The notes below the pieces were generated by a model. That model ran no database searches, was not told the DNA's origin, and worked only from the letters and a program-made list of their open reading frames with translations. From the NCBI GenBank assembly GCA_000708835.1, contig DF237347.1:1-64000 (forward strand): DNA of 64,000 nt. The letters are read 5' to 3'. Below, one piece after another: positions 39,895-57,300 of this stretch (position 1 is the first letter of the stretch; each line of letters begins with the position of its first letter). Source of the DNA: Klebsormidium nitens. Lineage: Eukaryota > Plantae > Klebsormidiophyceae. Made by a program: the position numbers and the translations under genes.

Positions 39895-41892
39895 TTACGG
39901 GGTCAGCTCGACATTGGTAAGATCCATCGAGCTCTTTGGTTGTGAATCCTCCCAACTCATGTTCGTCTTTGCGACTTCTTCGAATAGTGCAAGCTGCTCC
40001 ACTGTTAAGCTCTCCCATAGCTCGGGTCCAGTGAACCTATCCCTCACGATTTTCCTTACCTTTTCACGAATTTTCGGGATGACTGAAGCGTGTTCCTTTT
40101 TCAGCAGCTCAAGCCAGGACGACGCTGCTGATTTGTCCGTTGGAGACAATAACAATATCATCGATGGCCGAGCAGAGATCAGGAACACCGCAAGCCTCAG
40201 CCAAGGAGAACAGGTCCTGCAATCCGCAAGGGCTTCGAATTTTAGAAGTGCCGATTGAGGCCCTGAGGCCGTCTGAGGTGGTGCCAAACGGAGGACTGAA
40301 GCAGGCAAACGATATTCAGGCGTCTACGTAACAGTGTCAATTGTATGCTGCCGCTGTCATCAAGGAGCTCTCTCGGAGCTCTTATACAGGGTAGTTGAAA
40401 GGAAGAGGTGGCCCTTGCTTTATATAGCTTATGGTGCACTTCCCATCCCTCTTCCGACTGTTCTTGCTCAGGAAACCTAAAAACTAGGTCAGAAAAGCTC
40501 AGCAAAAGCAAGGTAGCATTAGGCACCAGGTCATAGCAGGCCCTAATATCCATGAACATGTTTAAAACAAACACAATCATCCGATGTCCAGCACTCGATG
40601 TTTAGGAAGGCACCAAAAATGCAGCCTTCCACACCTGCTGTCCAAGCAAGTGGCTTCTAAGACTTCAGTTCGTCTTCAGCCACTCCAAGTGACTTTGAGC
40701 CATATAGCAGGATGAATGAAGAGTGTGTCCAACACAAAGAAGCCTTAGACGAGCAAAGTCGAGCACAAGCAAGTTTATGGCATGTCGACAGGAGCTTTGA
40801 CCTGCTTAGCATAGGGAAACCTCCCGTGCTTAGTGCAAAAGACCGAGTTGCGATACTGGGTTCTCGGGAGAAGTATTTACCTGCATCATTGACGCGTCCG
40901 ACGGGTCGAGCTCTCCCAGCGACCAGACATCTCCATAGATATACCGCAGAAATGCTTGGATGACAGTTGCATCTACCGGGCAGGGCAGCTCCAAGTCCAG
41001 TTTCTTGTTCAAGTTCCAAGTAGTCCCTGACCAATCCTCTTTGAACTTTGTTGCAAAATAGGGGATGCTCACAAGGACAGCAGAGTGAGCAGGGACCTTC
41101 GAACCATCCTGCACCATGCGTGAGTCCTAAGTGAGCAAAGATGGAGAACTCCTCAAGACTCCCCTCAACAAGAATACACACGCTCCCTTGAGCATCAAAC
41201 AAGAGGATAAGATCACCACAGATTGCATATGTACCACCTGCACTTTACGAGCAACGTTGGCAATCAAGGATTCATTTCATTCTTACCTTGCAGATTAGTT
41301 TCAGATCCCCTGTGTGGAAAGCATTCTCGAGCAGAGACTTCCTAAGGACCATGTCTTTCACAGGAGACGCGAAAAAGTACTTGGTAGCGACAGAGTTCAC
41401 TACGACCGAGATACTTAGGTTGGTGTACGGCCAGTAGTCAAAAGCTAGGCTCCAGGCAAAAGCAGACGATGCCTGCGGCGAAACCACAACAGCCTGGCTA
41501 TTTGCTTGCACTGTCTTCAGAATCACCGATGCGACTTGACAGCCCTTAGCAAGAACTGTTTCTTGTCCTCCAGCCACAGTTGTGCTCCTGAAGACAATGC
41601 AAATAGTACTGCTAGGTCGGGATGAATAAGTACTCGCCCGGTCACAACTGACGTTCAAAGTTCCAAGATTCGTTGAATCAAGCCCTCCAACTAGTGCAAC
41701 ATGCGGCCCACGAATTAGTGTGTAGTGCTCAACTTGTCCGACAGCGTATTGCTTGGCAAATGGAATTGTATATACCAAGCTGCAGCTAGCATGTTCTGAC
41801 TTCGACTGATCACTCGCTTCCTCTGGAAGCTCTGCAGAAAGCTCAACCCTGGAAGGCTTCAGGATTGTTCTCTTTTCCTCCATGTCTGACAT
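39895..41892 (-). pseudogene. BTB/POZ-domain gene copy 2, with a frameshift in the last exon
   Basis: Exons 41892-41287, 41126-40881 (KVPAHSAVLVSIPYFATKFKEDW), 40216-39895. The last exon starts DLFSLAEACGVPDLCSAI like copy 1, has 7 extra nt relative to copy 1 and reaches TGA at 40111-40109, while the homologous SSWLE...KIREKV tail continues in another frame. Confidence 0.7.
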
Positions 41893-42533
41893 TGCTGAAA
41901 CTTAACCTAGTCTCGAGATTATGTTTGTCTTTCTGGCGCGGGTGTCTTTTTCGGAATCTCCTTTTGCACGCCCACTCCTCGATCTGGGACTCCCTCAGAT
42001 ATATGCAATGCCGTGCCGCACAGGCAATCTGAAGACGCCTCTTCTGCGGCCTATGTTCGCAAGCTCCCGCAAGCGCTCCTTGAAGTTCGAGTTTGAACCT
42101 CGATTCTGAACGACTGCATCTCGAGACGCACTGTTCGAGCAAGCTGGGAACTGGATGATCCCTCCAAGAGCGACGAGTCGGTGCGCGGTAATGGTTAATA
42201 GCTACCTGTCCTAACTAGGTACTAGGACTAGTGCCATACTACCGACGCCGTATCTAGTTCCAGGACTGTTCCTGATTTACTTGGGCTGGCAAGAGGGATG
42301 CGCATCATCTAGGTAGGTACCGCGTAGCTAGTAGTCATCAGATTCATTGTCATGCGGCATGGCGTGCCCTCACGCCCTCATCATACCGGACTAGACGAGC
42401 TGAACGAGCAAGGCATCAAAGACAGGAAACTGCTGTAGAAAGTTGAGCTCTTTTGAGCTACAAGGTGCACTTTGTACGAGGCAGGGGAAGCTCACATCCT
42501 CTGAGTCTCTTCGCCACTTTTACTTTTGGGAAA

Positions 42534-45500
42534 ATGATGAGCCAAATGCAAGATCAGAGGTCATCCAATGGGCCACGGAAGAGGCAGTTTGACGGACCTG
42601 ACAGAGGCCAGGCAAAGCGGCCAGCAGGAGTTCCAGAGACCCTCTTCAGGCTTCTTGTTCCAGGCAAGCGGGTAGGGAGCTTGATTGGGAAAGGAGGTTC
42701 AATCATCAAGCAGATGAGGGAGGAAACAGGGGCACGAATCACCGTAGCAGATGCCCCTCCGGTGAGTTGAGGAGCACACTGGTTTGAGATTGGATGCAGG
42801 TGGAGGACTTGCTTTTTGGAAACCTGGCAACTCTTGAGAATGATAGGATGGGAGTCCGCTTTGATGTATCTGAATTTCACGGCTTGTTCCTTGCCAGACC
42901 CAATTATCATCATTTGTCAAGTTCGATGCTCTCTGATCCTTGCTGCATGTTCCTTGCAGTCTTCAGAAGAGCGGATGGTCATCATCCAGGCACAGGAGGT
43001 CGTTCAAAATGTGCAATTTGGACCCGCGCAGCTGGCGCTCTTCAGGGTGCACAACCGGTTACTAGAAGTAAGTTGGTTGGATTGCCAAGCTACAACCTTG
43101 ATGGAATACTCACAGTGTAATATATCTGCGTGCCTTCAAAGTACTGAGCTTTTTTGCTCACCAGACGCAGCGGCTGACGGTCGATGCAGACTGTTGAGCA
43201 GTTACTCTTGGGATTGTGTACGGGTTTACTTGCACCGCCTGCTCATGCTCCCCTAGATTGAAATTGGTTTCTGCAATCAAAGGTGGTTGCATGTCGCCTA
43301 CATGAGGAGGCTTCCTTGTCATCATGATGTCTCGTCTCTGGTTTGCAGGCCATAGCACAAGAAGCAGAAAAGACTGGGGCCGTTCCTGATGGTGGCAGGG
43401 TCACGACGCGCCTTCTCATCGCGGACACGCAGGCAGGGTCGGTGATCGGCAGGAAGGGGGACATCATCAAGCAGATCCGGGAGAACTCAAAGGCCTTCAT
43501 CAAAGTCCTGACGCAGGAAGAGAACCCGTCCACAGCAACGCAGGAGGATAGGGTGGTGCAGGTGAGAGTCTGGGGCAGGCGATGTTTTTTGTCTATTAGA
43601 AGACCTTGTTAGCCTTGATTCATCCATAACATTATGATTGGTTGGCAAAGGTCGCACCTTGCATTTTACGGTTTGAATAAAACTGAACGCCACCTGCCGT
43701 GTTAGTTGCAGCATGATGGCCAGAGCATGTTCTGGTCCTCTTTTGAAACAATTTTGGATTGAGCTCCTAACCTCTAGCGCTGCTGCCTGTTGCCTCACGC
43801 TTGAGTTGGGAGCGGCATTGACTGGACGACCTGCAGGAACGGGGCGTTGCATTCAAACCACCAGCTTGCAGTTTGTCCAACTACTGCAGTTGATGCTTTG
43901 ACTTACGCTGTTGCAGTTGCTTCCTTTTGCACCACTTGCATGCTGAAGCATCTCTCTAACATTGACCAGATTGTTGGCGAACCTGCACAAGTCCAACTTG
44001 CCCTTGAAATTGTCTCAAAGCAGCTAAGGTGAGCAGGGTGCTCATCGCTTTACAATTTATCCAAAAAACTTGACTTCCAGAAGAGTTGGAGTGGAGTATG
44101 TTCCTTCAGGTTCTGCTTTTAATGTTTGTGCTTTTGGGCTTGTTGTGCTCTCTCATAAGAGCTGTCACGTTTGCATTATCTCCTACAGTTCTGATGGACC
44201 TACAGACTTCAAGTAGCTGTGCTGAATTTGCCTTCTGGCTTGCACTGGATTATCACCAAGATAGGTTTCTGCTGTTTTTCTGGTCTGCTCTTTGCATGAA
44301 GCAGAGGATACAATGTCTGGTATTGTGCCCCATGATGTCACCCAAATTGGTCCTAGCCTTTCTTCCAAGAAGAGAGACTGCGGACAAACTCAACCGCTGA
44401 TTTTTATCTGAGGGCATAATCCAGAGAGGTTTTGGACAGTGATTGACAAGTTATTGTTTGCGTTGCTGTATATTCTGGTGTTTGTACCTTTCCAGCCTAC
44501 GCTTATTTCTTTCTTGTTTCTTCAAATGTGGTTTGATGTATGCTCGTGCCTGTGCGCTTTCACATTCGCTACCTGCAAGATGCCATGACATTTTCCTTCT
44601 AATGCATCATCATTTCAGGCCCCTGGCTTCTTTTCAGTTTCACGTTCTCTGTCGACACAGAACTCATCAGTGCCTTCAGGGTCCTCCTTACTTACTGGCG
44701 GTCTTGACTTTAGAGCGCAGTCTTTTCACCAACAAAACTCTCGCTTGCATAAGTTATGAAGTCGCTTCTTTTGACTCTTATTTCTGTTTGTTTTGGGCTT
44801 AATTGCACCATACCAAAATTTGTGCAGAGAGAACCCTCCAAAGGGTCAGGGCGCAGCAGAACACCGTCTCCCAAGCGGCCCCCAGCAGCAAGTCTTCGCT
44901 CCCCCGCAGCCCTTCATACCCTCCTCGACTCCCCTCAGCTTCGGCACCGCTTACCAGATCGAACCCAGCACTGGGGCCCTCGTTCCTGTGCCCATCTCGC
45001 GAGGGCCTGCTTCTGCGCCCCCCCCCTTGCGCTTCGAAGAGCATCGGGGGGACAGAATGTTCGCTCAAGAGCAGTTCAACCGCTCCCAGGGGGAGCCAAA
45101 CAACCTGGGCGCAGTCTACGGTGCACGGGGGGACGCTCTGCTACCAAGGCGAGACGTTGGCCCCAGTGGTTTGGTTAACGGGGGGAGCTTCCCATTGGAC
45201 GAAGGAATCATCAACCGGACAGTGGACTACAGCCGAATAGCAATGAGCCGGCCTCAGGGCGAGTTCGATCAGCACGGAGGGCAGCAACCGAGGGGCCAAG
45301 ACGCTGCTTTTGAGCGGAGAGCCACTCCTCCTTGGGCTAGGGGTACAAACCCGGACCAAGCAGGGGGGCATGGTCAGGGGGGCCTTGGTATTGGGGTTTT
45401 GGGCGCAGGGGGGGAACTTCCCGGAGGTCCAAGTAGCGGGGTCCTGGGTACGGGAGGGTTCGGCGGAGGGTCTGGTGCGGGTCCCAGCATTGGGTCGACT

Positions 45501-46126
45501 GTGAAGATGAGCGTGAAGATGACGATCGCGCGATCCATGCTGGGCGCGGTGATCGGGCGGAAGGGCGCGAACGTGCAGCAGATTCGGCAGGTTTCGGGGG
45601 CCTTGGTCAAGGTACGGGAACTACGTCCTTGCCGTGCTGCTCTTGTTACCTCTGTTGTTGATGGCCTTGATTTGTTTAGGACGTCTGCTCCCCCGTTTAT
45701 TCCTGCGCATCCGGTGCTTTGTGTGCCTTCGGTCGCAAAATTGCTCTGCTTGAAAACCTGCCCTACTCAGCCGTCAAGTGTCTTGCTCGGACTGTAGCAC
45801 TGCGGACCTTCGTCTACTTTTCGAAATGTCTGATTAAAACAATATGTCCCTTTCATCTCCCTTTTACAACTTTCCAGGTACACGACAAGGAGGAGCAGCC
45901 CGTGGTGGAGATTGAAGGCTCGATGGAGGCCGTCACAGCAGCCCAGAATCTGATCCAGCAGTCCGTGATGCAAGCGGAGCAGGACAGGGCTCGCGGAGAT
46001 CGACCGCCCCCCAGGTATAACGCGCCGCAAGCGCCTGCGCTTGGGGGCCAGTTCGGGGGGGCGGGGTTCCAGAATCAGGGAGGAGGCGCAAGGGCTCCCG
46101 GCTTTGGGGGGCCGCAGCGGCGATGA
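42534..46126 (+). CDS. Triple KH-domain RNA-binding protein (FLK/PEPPER/HEN4-like), 6 exons
   Basis: Exons 42534-42761, 42960-43067, 43349-43561, 43970-44028, 44828-45611, 45878-46126. Three KH GxxG loops: LIGKGGSIIK, VIGRKGDIIK, VIGRKGANVQ. Confidence 0.9.
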
Positions 46127-48162
46127 TTTGTGAGCAGTAGATGCGGAAGATTGGAAGATGACGGGGGAGATCGAATTTTCGATGAACTCGATTTCCAAGT
46201 GACGTTTGGTTGGGAGGCAAACGCGGGTTATTGAGAGGGGAGAGCATTTGTGAGGGGTGGTGTGGAGCCGCGGGGCCTCAGCATGATTGGCATGCTACGG
46301 CTTGTCCCAGATGGGTGAGGAACCGGATGGCTGAGCTACAAGCAGATTTCGTTGCAGCGGAAGCAGGTAAGTTTGGTGAACGCGCTTTGATTGACTCTGG
46401 TGCAAAAGCAACTGACCAGATCACCAAGGCCGTCTTGACCAAAGCCGTCTTGACCACCCCCCAAACGTGGAACAGACAGCGCCACTAAGTTCGACTCCTG
46501 CAGCCAAAGAGTCCGAAACCCAATAGCCAACCCCCTCTCTAACAGTTGTAGTTATCCCTCTTCTACCCGGGCATCTTTCACACGATGATTCCAAAACCCA
46601 AGCCTTTTAGCGCAGCAGGCTGCTATCTCAAGTAACCCCGTGTCGGACCTGACCCGGAACCCCTCCACATTGGTGCCTAGATCAAGCTTGCAAACCAGAC
46701 GAGGGTAGAATTGACGGTGCACGGAGGTTCCTTTCATGTCCTGTAGTAAACAATACACGGCCCTTTCGCCATTCGAATCACTCTCTGAGGCCATCTACAT
46801 TTGTTGGTACAAGTACTTTTGCAGGACCTTGTAAACCTTTGCTTCGTAAACGTGAGTAGACCCGTGCTATTTGACTATGAATTGCAATTCTCAACCGCTG
46901 AATCCCCACAGACTTCCTGCTTCTCCAGAGTAGATTGCGTGCTGCTTTTCTAAAACAAAGTTGTGTGCCGCATCTCATCACGCCGCGATAGCTATCTCTT
47001 GTGGCTCTGGAGGAATATCTCCGTTCCAAAACTGCTTTCATTGGGAATCTCTCCTATATCATCCCAAACCAGGGTTTTACTTCACTCCCACGAAATCATT
47101 TCGTGGGAACCCTTCCCTACTACGAACGTAGTCGCATCCATGCTCTCGTGTCTTTCCCATAGTCACTCATCATCCACTCCGAGCGATGGTTCTCCTCTCG
47201 TAGCCAAACATCAACATTTCACCACTCTTCCCCTCTAGCCCCAAAATGTGTCGAAAAGATATTGTTTCAGTCGCGCTAAGGAAGCCAACGGACAAGTTGG
47301 GGGATTGGAGACAAGTTTTGAATGTCATGCACAAGGCGAATCAGGAGCTTGACAATATGGAACCCAAGCAGATCATTACCTACCCATCTAGCTGGGCTGC
47401 AACTCGAGCTTGTTATGCCAGACCAGTAACAACAACAAAAGCCAAAAATATAGAGAGAACCGTTGCGCCCAAGTGCATAGGACTGCACGAACATGATATT
47501 ACTGCATTGCAGACAATGCTGAAAGCTTTAATCGTCATTAGAGGTAGGTGATGAAGAAGGGCTTACATTGCATGCAACAAGCATCTGGTGGGTCGTAAGA
47601 CAGTCGTTTGGTGACAATTAGGATGCCCACTGCTCGCGAGCTGCTTTGTCATGCAGGCCCGACGCACGTCTGCATGTATGTCGCTCGCATACAGTTACCT
47701 GCCTGCACTTCCCGGCACATTCATGTCAGTAAATGTTGATGCATAATTATCTGCAGCCTCATGCCGTAATGTGGAAGGAGCTAGCCTACAGGTACCAAGT
47801 GACCGTGCGTGGCCAGATGCGGATTCGAACATATAATGCATGATGTGTCAGAAGACAGCTGGATTAAGAAGCATGTAGGGTGTCAGAAGTTACAACTCAG
47901 CTCTACAAACTTCGTCGACAGATCGTTTATTGATGAAGCCCCGCAGTGACTCCGAAGTTGCTTGTTTCAGCGCCATGGCAGCCTAGGTGGCAATAGACAC
48001 GTATGAAAAGAACCAACCATCAGCACATGTCGGCATCATTGTGCCGTTCCTACAACTCGAGCGCCATTCGCCGATCGTTGACTACAGCTCCATCATACAT
48101 TCGTGCCAAGGTTGAAAGATACAAAACGGTAGTTGACCCCCAAGGAGAATGTATTGGATGCT

Positions 48163-53825
<5,663 letters not shown>

Positions 53826-54302
53826 TACAGCGTCTCTTACCTATGCTTCTTTCGAGATTCAATCTCAAGAATGAAGAGATTTGTGAGTTGGTCGCACGCA
53901 CTCACTCTGCCGAAAGTAGTAAAATCAAAAGGTGGTCGAGTTGTTGGTTAAATGCAAAATCTGACCAGCTGATGTCTCAGATACGAAAGTTCTTTTTAGA
54001 ATTGAGCTCATTGAAAACGACCTGTCCTGGAAGATTCTAAATACTGTCTTGTCTGTTACCGACGTATGGTTCTGAACCTCAAATCCGTTTAGGGTGAGAA
54101 ATCCATATTTTATCGAGTCCCCTCTCTGTGCTCTTGTCAGGCTCCCGAGACCCCTCTGCCTCTGGAATGAGGGAACTCCAATTTGGCAATGCAACTGGGG
54201 GTTTGGGTAAACTCTGGACACGCATACTCACGTTGGGCGCCCCTCTGGCTTGGGAGCAATGTTTACTTGAGCATGGTAATCTTGCATCGTTGAGCGGTTC
54301 AG

Positions 54303-57300
54303 ATGGCGTCTCACGGAAATATGGCAGGGGACGCCTTTGGCTCGTTCAAGCCCACCACGGCCCCTGCCGTTGTGAACGAAATTCTGGACTGGGCCAAAAA
54401 GGTGATGGTCGTCCAATTGCTCAAGGAGAACGAACGCGTCTGCGACCTCTATTGTGGGAGGGGGGGCGACATCCGCATCTTTGCAAGCGGCAAAGTGGGG
54501 GGGTACTTGGGCATTGATTCGTCCGCCTCAGCTGTAGAAGCGGCGCGGGAGAATTGGCTTAAGCATGGGAAGCCGTTCGAGGCCGACTTTCACGAGGTTG
54601 ATCCTTGCTTATCGAAACTGATTGGGCGGCTGGGGTTAGCGAGCGGGGATTTTGATGTGGTCAGCTGTCAGGGCCATCTGCAGGACTCTTTCCTGACGGA
54701 GATCACAATGCGGAGCTTCTTGACAAACGTGGCTGCGCTTCTGAGGCCCGGGGGGTACTTCTTTGGAACGTGTCCGGACTCCAGCACAATCTGGTGAGCT
54801 TTCCTGGTGCCTTGGAAGAAAGCACAAGTCCCTCTTACAGTAGTAGTAGTGATTTGACAGAGCTCGGTGCACCGTCTTTCTTCAGCACTTGTTGGGAAAA
54901 ACGGCGGTGCAATCAAGTTATAGACGTGAATGCTGTGAGAGAAGTTTGTTGCGCCCCTGAGCAGTATCATGATCTGAGCTGGCTCAGCGATACTATTCTG
55001 ATGATATTGTGTTCGCTAGCTTCTAAATGGATGACAAAGGGGTGGTTATGCTCTGCGATGGCTGAACGATCAGAACAAGATTTGTTTAAGATGGTTCAGC
55101 GTGCTGCCAGTGTCAGTGGGCCCTCTTGTCCTTATCCTTCTTTCTAGAAAGGTTTTCCGTCCACAAAAAGTTCCCACTAACAGTTATGACTGTTCCTTCA
55201 CAGCCCACTGTTTCTTTCAAAGTCTCTTGTTTAAAAGCCTGCCACCTCTTGAAAGAAGTGGTGCTGGGGAGGGAGGAGCAGGGGGTATTTGAGAGGGAGC
55301 CCTTTAAAAAACGCCCTTCCTCAAGAGCCAATTCAGTCGCTTCTTTTTTAAGACTGCCCCAGTGCCTGAGGGGCTCTGACCATAGTCCTCAAATCAGTCA
55401 CAATGATGTAACGGCATCTCTCCAGGGATCTGATCAGTTCTACTGCTGCAAGGCATGCCCCGATACATTGCCTGCAGAAGAATGAGGTATAACTTTTTGT
55501 TGCAGGGTGAAGGCCCAGAAGGCGTTACAGCAAGCGCTGCAGCACGGGCAGACGGGGCCCATCCCCAAGGTGGCCTCAAAATCGTTCCAGATCACCTTTG
55601 AGAACGACAAGTGAGTACGCAGGGGGACCTGGGGCCTGCAGATTTGCCTCGAAGAGTGGATACATGCTAGTGGTGCTTGCTTTCTGAATTCTGCTCGCAT
55701 TTGTCTGAAAGGTGTGTTGAGATCCGCAGCGAGTGCCTAAGAAGGTTGTCGTTTCTCGTTTTGCTCCGACGATCCGTCCGCACTGCACTGCGAGGAATTT
55801 GTTCTGCGGAAATGCGACCTGCGATACTGAATGCCCATTGTGTTCTACGAGTGAATCAGGAGGATTCGTCAATCCAAGCGAAGCTTTTCATCAAAGTAAT
55901 TGTCGCCGCTTGCAGGTTCTCCACCTTTGGTTGTGAGTACTTCTTCTCGCTGATCGATGGCATGCCCCCTCAGAAGCAGCTATTGGTCCATTTCCCTTCG
56001 CTTATAAGGTTAGCCACCTGACATCCTCTTGGAAGAAAAAGATGGGCACGTTTTATGTCATCTCCGTCGTCCACTCCCAGTCGTTGGAAAGTTCTTATTC
56101 TGTAAGTGATAACACATACAGACTTCTCGCTTTATCAACTCGTGATAGAAACAGAGAAACAGAAATGATAGAAGCTTGGAACAATCTCGGAGGACAGGAA
56201 AATCCAATGAACACCAAAATCTACATATTGTTTGAACTTTACGAACCCCTCAGCCATCTCTGACAGAGGAAAAAGATTCTCAAGAGGAAACTCATCTGAG
56301 GCTATGCGCTTCCCAAGCCCACCTCGTACTGGCCCCGTGCTCCAGGTTTGCCGCTGAGGTGGGGCTGGATATGGTCGAGATCAGCAATCTGGAGGACTTC
56401 TACGAGTACAACAAGTGAGGCATCGCATTCACTTTTCAGACCTTGGATGCTTTTACAGTTCACCTTGAAGCCCCACGTTCATTTCTCTTCCCTTGATACT
56501 AGACCTAACGTCCCTATATCGTCCTCCCTTCAAGTTTACTCTCTTGTGTCCATTCCCTGCGTAAGCTCTTCACCCCGTCATTCATAGCTACGCAAAAGCG
56601 CTACTTACTCGAGATAGTCAGTCGGAGCTTTGATCTTCATTTTTCCATCGGTTTCGATCAACATCGCGGTCATTGTCTTTACAAACTTGTCACCGAGCAT
56701 ATAGCAGTTGCTGCTCTTGCATTTCCATCTTTGTGAAAGTCACGTGTGCGTCGTCGACAAGAGACCCTGCTCCCTCTCTCCAGTTGGAGCGCAGAATTTG
56801 GAAACGGCTGGGGGACGTGTCGCCCCGGTCTATCTTTTGACGTTGAAGGTTAGGCGCTCCAGCTCCGTCAATGTTGAAAGGTTACGACCTATTTGGCGCA
56901 AGCCCTCGGCGCATCCCTGCTCTGAAGTTTGGGCTGCCGATGGCCAGATCATGCACATTGAAAATTGACACATTTTCGTCATCTTGTAGTTTTTGCAATC
57001 GGCCTTTTGAGCTCATCGCCACTGCGTTTCGCAGGGCCCCTTTTGGCGACTTGCTCCACCTGCCCACGTCCACCGACGGCAAGAAGCGCATTCCCGGCTA
57101 CGCCAAAGAGCTCATGTCCATCCACGCCACGTTCGTCTTCCGCAAGTCCGAGCGCGCGCTCCCCGCGCCCCTCCCGCACATGAGCCCGCTCCCGACGGTG
57201 CTGACGTCAGCACCGGACACCGGACTTTCGGACGTTTCGGACGGGGAGGCTGCGCCGGGAGCTGCGGACGATGCGTTTGCCGTGGATGGGGGGTCGCCCA

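Noticed and set aside
46500-47551. Short ORFs and degenerate coding-like sequence between the KH gene and purB
   Set aside because: Frequent stops, no recognisable motif and no element ends found.
47800-47835. B-box-like GTTCGAATCC on the minus strand
   Set aside because: No T-stem or acceptor-stem pairing around it.
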